64,000 bases of DNA, taken from assembly GCF_009914755.1 (NCBI RefSeq), contig NC_060941.1. One strand, written 5' to 3'. Below the pieces are notes generated by a model. It searched no databases and was not told the origin of the DNA. It saw only the letters and a program-made list of their open reading frames with translations. This document shows, in pieces, positions 56,434 to 64,000 of the stretch (the first letter of the stretch is position 1; every line of letters starts with the position of its first letter). The translations under genes were made by a program, and so were the position numbers. Source of the stretch: the human T2T-CHM13v2.0 reference genome, Homo sapiens.

Positions 56434-57290
56434 TCAGGGGTCTCCCCGCCTCTCACAGCACAGTCTGTCAGCACCCTGGGCGGCACTGGCCTGACTGTCC
56501 ACCACACACACAGCTCCATTCAGCACGAGCTCTGGGAGCAGGTTGGGTAGCCCTGCACATGGCCAGGCATCAGGAGGCACCTGGGAGGTGTGTAGGGAAG
56601 AGGTGGATGGATGAATGAGTAGCTGAAGCTGTTGAAAGCAAGAAGAGTGTAAAATAGCTTACTCATGGGTATCCACACCTTGTTTGAGGGAACTGCGGGA
56701 ACTCTTTTTGCAAACAGAACTTTGTGGAATCCATCATGTAAAGCTGGTCAAATGGAGTGGTTTCAGTTGAGACCATAGTGGGCCCTGGAGTGAGGCCTGC
56801 TTGGGGCCACCACTCACAGTGGTCCCTGTAGAGCCTAGCCTGGCCTGTGTGACCAGCTGAGGACACCCAAAGGACCCCATGGGGTGCTTCCTCCAGATGC
56901 AGATGCAAAACCCTTGTTCCCCAGTGGACACATTCCCCTTCTCAGAAATGAACACCCCGTATGGGCCTTGGCACCTATATAGGGCGTGCATGTTGGAACC
57001 TTGAGCAGGTGTGGGAAGTATGTGGGCATCCAGGGGTGCCTGGAGTAGGGAAGGACAAGGTAGTCCCTTGGTGCCCATAAGGTACCAAGTCTGCCATTGT
57101 TACTGATGGCTTGCATTGGAACCTTCACTTCCAAATGCTGCTGGTAAAGGCCATATCAGCACATCTGCTGAAATGTGGAGACTCCAAAACTCTTGGGCCA
57201 CATGGAAGACCAGTGAAAGAGTCTGTGCTGTGCAGCTGCTTTGTTTATCATTGTCATTTTGCATAAAAGTGTGTGTCTTTTTGCCAACAG

Positions 57291-57407
57291 CTGGAGCAGA
57301 GCCAGAAGGAGGCCTCAGACCTTCTGGAGCAGAACCGGCTCCTGCAGGACCAGCTGAGGGTGGCCCTGGGCCGGGAGCAGAGCGCCCGTGAGGGCTACGT
57401 GCTGCAG
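57291..57407 (+). CDS. MPRIP: MPRIP coding exon (~exon 15), start of the coiled coil
   Basis: ccaacag|CTGGAG...CTGCAG|gtaggg; LEQSQKEASDLLEQNRLLQDQLRVALGREQSAREGYVLQ; phase 0-0. Confidence 0.97.
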
Positions 57408-58750
57408 GTAGGGTGGAGGGGCTGCTGTGGCCCATGGTGCGCTCAGGAGCTTCAGTGTGAAGGGTTCATGCTCAGGCAGGCTAGGAGTGTGCAAAACTTG
57501 GCTGAGCAGGGGCTGTCTCCCAGGAGCTCATGCCCCTGGGCTTTTCTGCCACAGGACTGGACACTCAATGTGCTTGGGGGGGTCTGTTTGTTTTTCCCTC
57601 CTGATATGACATTTTGGGGAATCTCCCTGAAACCTCTATATCTAAGGACTTTTTTTGGTAATAAAATGATTTTGGTGACCTTTCCCTTTGACTCTGAAAG
57701 TAGCCAATATACATTTATTGTAAATACCATACATTTGCATGTGATTTCTCATAGTTTTCACTATAGTAATATTGGACCTATTGTACAGATTGAAGACATT
57801 GAATCACACAGCAAGTCCAGTGCCTGCTTACAACCAACAGCAAGTCAGTGGCAAAGCTAGTACTGGACCCCATTCCCATCTGTTTCTATACCACACCTGG
57901 CAGGCAGAGCTGGGGCTCTTACCACTACTAGCCCAACCCCGGGATACCTCCACTGAGATCCTGTACCACAGAGCCCTGATATAGGGGTGTCACAAGGCTG
58001 GAGCTAGCCTGGCCCAAGGGCGTGCCTATGTCTGCTGACTTTCCTGCAGCGTGCCAGGCCTTGTGCCAGGTATTGGGCATAAAACAGATATACTCTTGTC
58101 CCCATTGAGTGGTAGAGGAGATTGTGATAGGAAGATTGATATATAAATACTGCAGGAGAAGTGAAGTGGGGTACCAGAACAGGGAGCCTAAGTTCTCGGC
58201 AAAGGCTGAGGGTATAACATTAGAATCAAGGTCCTAGGTTCAAGACTTGGCCCTGCTACTGACCCCCAAAGCAAGTGCATGTGTCCCCTCCTCTACAGCG
58301 GCAGTCTGCTGCCTGTGTAGACTTAGACCCAGTGATCCCTGAGGGCCCTTCCGGCTCTTAGACCCCGAGTCTCTGTCACGTATTGTCTACATTTGCAGAC
58401 CGCAGTGCGCTGACCTTGGTCTGAGTTGTCCCAGGCAGCAGATGGAACAGGGGCACTCAGCTGGCCTCTGACCATAGTCTGCCTCTTTGCAGACTCTCTG
58501 CTGTTTCTTCTCCTGTGTGCTCCCTGGGCCTTCTCTTTCTTTCTGCCCCACATGCCCTAGACTCTCCTCTCCAGCCTCTTCTGCCATAGTCATTGCCATG
58601 CCCTGTTCAGACCTGGTGAACAGGGCCTCCCTGTGGGCCTCCCTGCCAAGGTCATTTGCGCTTGCCCTCCAGGTTTGAGGAGCATCTTTTTAATTCTTGA
58701 TTGGGCCTCATCCTATAAGAACTGGCTTCAAATCAGGTAGTAAAGATAAA

Positions 58751-58958
58751 AGTTCAGCATCCCAAATTCGAAAATCTGAAATGCTCCAAAATCCAAAACT
58801 GAACGCTGACATTATGCTGAAAGGAAATGCTCACTGGAGCATTTCAGATTTTGGATTTTTGGATTGGGGATGCTCACCCAGTAAGTAGAATGCAAATATT
58901 TTAAAATCCGAAACAGTTCTTGTCCCAAGTATTTTGGATAAGGGATACTCAACTTGTA
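58751..58958. mobile_element. Tigger4 (Zombi/MER46)-type MITE
   Basis: 'gttcagcatccc...aaaatctgaaatgctcca...tggagcatttcagattttgg...ataagggatactcaacttgta'; internal palindromy is typical of the family. Confidence 0.8.
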
Positions 58959-60130
58959 CTAAGCAGCGGACTTTGCACATTGCTAACCTAGGAACCTACC
59001 TCTGTCTAACTTGCATAATTGCATGAGCCTACACTGAAGCCCCTGTTGGTCAGCACTGGGCAAAGCTGGTCTTTAATACCTTTTCCCTAAGTCTAATAAC
59101 CTGTGACTTCTCACCACCCTTTATGCTTTGGAAATGCTTTTAATCACGACTCAGAATGAGCAGGGGGTCTGTGGGGTTAAGGGTCAGGAGCCAGCTACTG
59201 GGGTGGGTGCTATACTAACTGCTGGGAGGAGCTTGCATGATTTGGACATTGAGTGTGAAGTGTAACTTGAACTTAACATAACTGAGTGTCACATCTGTGG
59301 CTTCCCCGGCCAGCAGACCGAGAGGGAGCCATAGGCAGGCCAGATTCTTAGGCTGGGCTCGGCTCACTCTTGTTTGTGTTGTTTTTCCCTATATTAATGA
59401 GTTCTGTCTCTGCATGCCTTTCAGTGTGGGGAGTTTTGTTTCATTTACGTTGTGTTTTGTTTTTGCATGCTTCACTTTTTCTTATTTTGAACTCCACAAA
59501 GGTTTGTTTGTTTTGTTGATTATTGTATCTTACTCCATGGTTCCCGTTCCCCCCTCGTTTTGACTTCTTACAGGTAGAGATTAGTTCTTCCTGTTACTCT
59601 AGAGGACTGACTACACTTTCCACAGGAAAATGTTTGGATGTCACCTTGCTGACATCTCCCGAGTGTTACCTTCCTTCCTTCTCCTCCTGTCTTAGAAGGA
59701 AGTGGCATCATTTACCTACACCTTGTGTCCTGCGCTTGTTTAGGATTTGTTGTCAAGACTGCGTACTTTTTGTTTTGTGAAACAAACAGCTGCAGGTGCT
59801 GTGCTCCTCCCGCCTGTCCCTCTTCCTGGCGCTCTCTTGTCCTTTAGTCTTTGTTTTGCTTCTTAGTGTGTTCCATTATTCAGTTTTGTTTGGTTTATTT
59901 CTCCTAGAAGCTGTTTGGTTAAAGCTGTTTTCTGATGTTATTGTCCATGTTTTCTGTTTACCTGGAAGCAGCTACTTACTAAAAAAAAAAAAAAAAGAAA
60001 ATTTGTTGGATTTTTTTAATGGGAAAAAAAAATAAAGTTGTACAAAGGATAAAAGCCAAAGCCATCAAGGAGCTTTCTGTGGTTGTTCCTGGCCAGAGGT
60101 GTGACACTCAGAACTGGGAGGCCCGAGTGT

Positions 60131-60137
60131 TACTAAC
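60131..60137 (+). promoter_or_regulatory. Perfect-consensus branch point TACTAAC (also a QKI-type ACUAAY element) for the giant exon
   Basis: TACTAAC with the branch A 25 nt upstream of the AG at 60160-60161. Confidence 0.7.
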
Positions 60138-60161
60138 CAGTATTTAATCGGTTTTTTTAAG

Positions 60162-63100
60162 ACTGAAGTGGCCGCCTCCCCATCGGGTGCCTGGCAGAGG
60201 CTCCATAGAGTCAACCAAGACCTTCAAAGTGAGCTTGAAGCCCAGTGCCAGCGCCAGGAGCTGATTACACACCAGATTCAGACCCTGAAGCGTAGCTATG
60301 GGGAGGCCAAGGACACGATCCGGCACCACGAGGCTGAGATCCGGAGCCTTCAGGCACGGCTCAGCAATGCGGCCGCTGAGCTAGCCATCAAGGAGCAGGC
60401 GCTGGCCAAGCTCAAGGGCGACCTGAAGCGGGAGCAGGGCCGGGTCCGCGAGCAGCTGGAGGAGCGGCAACACAGCGAGGCGGCGCTGAGCAGCCAGCTG
60501 AGGGCTAGCGAGCAGAAGCTCAAGAGTGCTGAGGCCCTGCTGCTGGAGAAGACGCAGGAGCTACGGGGCCTGGAGACACAGCAGGCGCTGCAGCGGGACC
60601 GGCAGAAGGAGGTCCAGAGGCTGCAGGAGCGCATTGCCGACCTCAGCCAGCAACTGGGCGCCAGTGAGCAGGCGCAGCGGCTGATGGAGGAGAAGCTGCA
60701 GAGAAACTATGAGCTGCTGCTGGAGAGCTGTGAGAAGGAGAAGCAGGCATTGCTGCAGAACCTAAAGGAAGTGGAAGACAAGGCCAGCGCCTATGAGGAC
60801 CAGCTGCAGGGTCAGGCACAGCAGGTGGAGACCCTGCAGAAGGAGAAGCTGAGCGCCACTTTCGAGGGCAGTGAGCAGGTGCACCAGCTGGAGGAGCAGC
60901 TGGAGGCACGAGAGGCCAGCGTGCGCAGGCTCGCAGAGCACGTGCAGAGCCTCTGTGACGAGCGGGACCTCCTCAGACAGCGGTTCCAGGAGCTGACAGA
61001 GCGCGTGGCCACGTCCGACGAGGATGTGGCTGAGCTCCGGGAAAAGCTGAGGAGAAGAGAGGCTGACAACCAGAGCCTGGAGCACTCCTACCAGAGGGTC
61101 TCCAGCCAGCTGCAGAGCATGCACACTCTGCTGAGAGAGAAGGAGGAAGAGCTGGAGCGCATTAAGGAAGCACATGAGAAGGTTCTGGAGAAGAAGGAGC
61201 AGGACCTCAATGAGGCTTTGGTTAAAATGGTTGCCTTGGGGAGCAGCTTAGAGGAAACAGAAATTAAGCTCCAGGCAAAAGAAGAGATTTTAAGGAAATT
61301 TGCAAGTGAATCTCCAAAGGACATGGAAGAGCCACGGAGTACCCCTGAAGAGACAGAAAGGGATGGCACTTTGCTCCCAGGCCAACCAGTCCAAGCCACT
61401 AGGGCACCTCTAGGCCTCCCACACACAAGGCTCGAGGATGAGGACGAGGACCTGGGGGCTCCTCCGGGGGAAGAGTACGGTGATGGCAGCCCCAGTAGGG
61501 AAGACAGCATGGTGCCCCCAAAGTCAGTGGAAGTGCTTGACAGGGAGGGCCATCAGCAGGGCACAGCCAAACTCGACCAAGGGGCACCTGGTGTTAAAAG
61601 GCAAAGAATCCGGTTCTCCACAATCCAGTGCCAAAGATACATTCACCCCGAAGGGTCTGAGAAGACCTGGACCAGCAGCACATCTTCCGACACCAGCCAG
61701 GACCGGTCACCCTCGGAAGAAAGCATGTCCTCAGAGCCTGCACCCAGTGTACTGCCTGCAACTGGCGACTCTGACACGTACCTCTCCATCATCCACTCCC
61801 TGGAGACCAAGCTCTACGTCACAGAGGAAAAGCTCAAAGACGTAACCGTGAGGCTGGAGAGCCAGCAGGGTCAGAGCCGTGAGGCACTGCTCGCACTGCA
61901 CCACCAGTGGGCGGGCACCGAGGCCCAGCTGCGTGAGCAGCTCCGCGCCAGCCTGCTCCAGGTTGGCGCACTGGCCTCCCAGCTGGAGCAGGAGAGGCAG
62001 GAGAGGGCCAGGAGGGTTGAAGGGCATGTTGGAGAGCTTGGGGACTTCCAGGTCAAGAATAGTCAGGCCCTGATGTGCCTGGAAAATTGCCGAGAACAAC
62101 TGAGATCTCTGCCTAGGGCCAGCCAGGAGGATGAGCAGGACGCACGCGCAGCCTCCCTGGCCAGTGTGGAGAGTGCACTCGTCAGCGCCATCCAAGCCCT
62201 GCAGCACTGGCCGGCCCCAGCCCATGGCGGGGCCCGTGCACAGCTGGAGACAGGTGGCACCGAGGAGAATGGGAAGCCTGCCTCCCTGCAGCAGTGCTCC
62301 CAGTCTGAGTTGACAGAGCAGGAGCAGGTGAGGCTTCTTTCTGACCAGATTGCTCTGGAGGCCTCGCTGATCAGCCAGATAGCAGATTCCCTGAAGAACA
62401 CAACATCAGATGTCTCCCGAATGCTCCATGAGATTTCTTGGTCAGGACAGCCACCGATGGAATCTGCTGGGGCCCCCGTAGACACCTGGGCCAGGAAGGT
62501 CCTAGTGGATGGTGAGTTCTGGAGCCAGGTTGAGTCTCTGAGGAAGCACTTGGGGACACTGGGAGGAGAGGCAGTCGGTGCCTCAGGAGACGGGCAGCAA
62601 AGCATCCCACAGGGCCTGGCCCCCATCCTGGCCAATGCCACATGGGTCAGGGCAGAGCTCAGCTTTGCCACACAGTCAGTGAGGGAGTCGTTCCACCGCA
62701 GGCTACAGAGCATCCAGGAGACCCTGCGGGGCACCCAGACGGCCCTGCGGCAGCACAAATGCCTGCTGAGGGAAATCCTGGGAGCCTACCAAACCCCAGA
62801 CTTTGAAAGAGTGATGCAGCAGGTCTTGGAAGCCCTCAGGCTTCCAGCGGGCCATGAAGATGGTGTTCAGCTGTCCTGGGACCTGAGCCCCTTAGGAGAA
62901 GTCCTGGGCCGAGACTCAGACAGCTCTCAGGAGCCCTTCGATGTGTCTGACCAGAGCCCTGGGGCCTTTGTTGCTATTCAGGAGGAGCTTGCCCAGCAGC
63001 TGAAGGAGAAGGCCAGCCTCTTAGAGGAGATAGCGGCTGCCTTACCATCTCTGCCACCTGTGGAATCGCTGAGAGATTGCCAGAAGCTTCTCCAGGTGTC

Positions 63101-63968
63101 CCAGAGTCTCTCGTATAACACTTGTTTGGGAGGCCTCGGTCAGTATTCTTCATTGTTGGTTCAGGATGCCATTATTCAGGCCCAGGTTTGCTATGCGTCC
63201 TGCAGAATCCGGCTAGAATATGAGAAGGAGCTCCAGCTCTGCAAGGAGTCCTGGCAAACCCGGGAGCCCTCCTGCTCAGAGCAGGCACAGGCAGCCCGGG
63301 CCCTGAGGGAGGAGTATGAGGAGCTTCTCCGCAAGCAGAAGAGCGAGTACCTGGATGTGATCGCCATTGTTGAAAGGGAGAATGCAGAGCTCAAGGCCAA
63401 GGCCGCCCAGCTAGACCATCAGCAGCAGTGTCTGGAGGATGCAGAGAGCAAGCACAGCATGAGCATGTTCACCCTGCGGGGCAGGTATGAGGAGGAGATT
63501 CGGTGTGTGGTGGAGCAGCTGACCAGGACCGAGAGCACACTGCAGGCTGAGCGCAGCCGGGTCCTGAGCCAGCTGGATGCCTCGGTCAGAGACAGGCAGG
63601 ACATGGAGAGGCATCATGGTGAGCAGATACAGACCCTGGAGGACAGGTTCCAGCTCAAGGTCCGGGAGCTGCAGACGATCCACGAGGAGGAGCTGAGGAC
63701 CCTGCAGGAGCACTACTCGCAGAGCCTGAGGTGCCTTCAGGACACCCTCTGCCTCCACCAGGGGCCACACCCCAAGGCCCTGCCAGCCCCTGCCCCCAAC
63801 TGGCAGGCCACCCAGGGAGAGGCTGACTCCATGACGGGGCTGAGGGAGCGCATCCAGGAGCTGGAGGCCCAGATGGATGTCATGCGGGAGGAGCTGGGAC
63901 ACAAGGACCTGGAGGGCGACGCGGCCACACTGCGTGAGAAGTACCAGAGGGACTTGGAGAGCCTTAAG
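60162..63968 (+). CDS. MPRIP: Giant alternative MPRIP coding exon (~3,807 nt, 1,269 aa), coiled-coil rich
   Basis: Hand translation gives no stop from TEVAASPSGAWQRLHRVNQDLQSELEAQ to REKYQRDLESLK. Acceptor tttttttaag|ACT with a TACTAAC branch point upstream; probable donor AAG|gtctta (weak, and the frame stays open to the window end); phase 0-0; strong codon bias (CTG/GAG/CAG). Confidence 0.88.
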
Positions 63969-64000
63969 GTCTTAACGCCCCATTCAATTTGCAGAGCAGA

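Noticed and set aside
60138-60140. In-frame CAG 21 nt upstream as the giant exon acceptor
   Set aside because: Lies only 2-4 nt after the branch-point A and lacks a pyrimidine tract; the AG at 60160-60161 fits the geometry better.
60350-63928. Many Ser/Cys/Leu-rich minus-strand ORFs (e.g. 62063-62758)
   Set aside because: Reverse complements of CTG/GAG/CAG-rich coiled-coil codons of the giant + strand exon.

Overview
Human (or very close hominid) genomic DNA from inside the MPRIP gene (myosin phosphatase Rho-interacting protein; 17p11.2 from recall), + strand. The first 22.7 kb is intron. Twelve canonical coding exons follow (about exons 4-15 by recalled numbering: end of PH1, NLS, poly-Ser/Pro-rich linker, PH2, start of the coiled coil). 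All have GT-AG boundaries with matching phases. Two regions are absent from the commonly studied ~1,025-aa protein as I recall it: a 354-nt in-frame 3' extension of one exon (34141-34494) and a giant ~3.8-kb phase-0 exon (60162-~63968, 1,269 codons, stop-free). The ORF track misses the giant exon because its frame is open to the window edge. It encodes long coiled coils, a PP1-type RVxF motif (KRQRIRFS) and a duplicated helical module, and sits behind an intron rich in RBFOX/QKI-type motifs. The introns hold Alu, L1, MIR, MaLR/MER21 LTR and hAT/Tigger repeats, plus several locus-specific structures: a ~196-bp inverted repeat, two telomere-like inserts bracketed by local repeats, an L1 and an Alu at one target site, and small tandem duplications. 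No rRNA, tRNA or CRISPR features were seen. Repeat subfamily names and boundaries are by eye and approximate.
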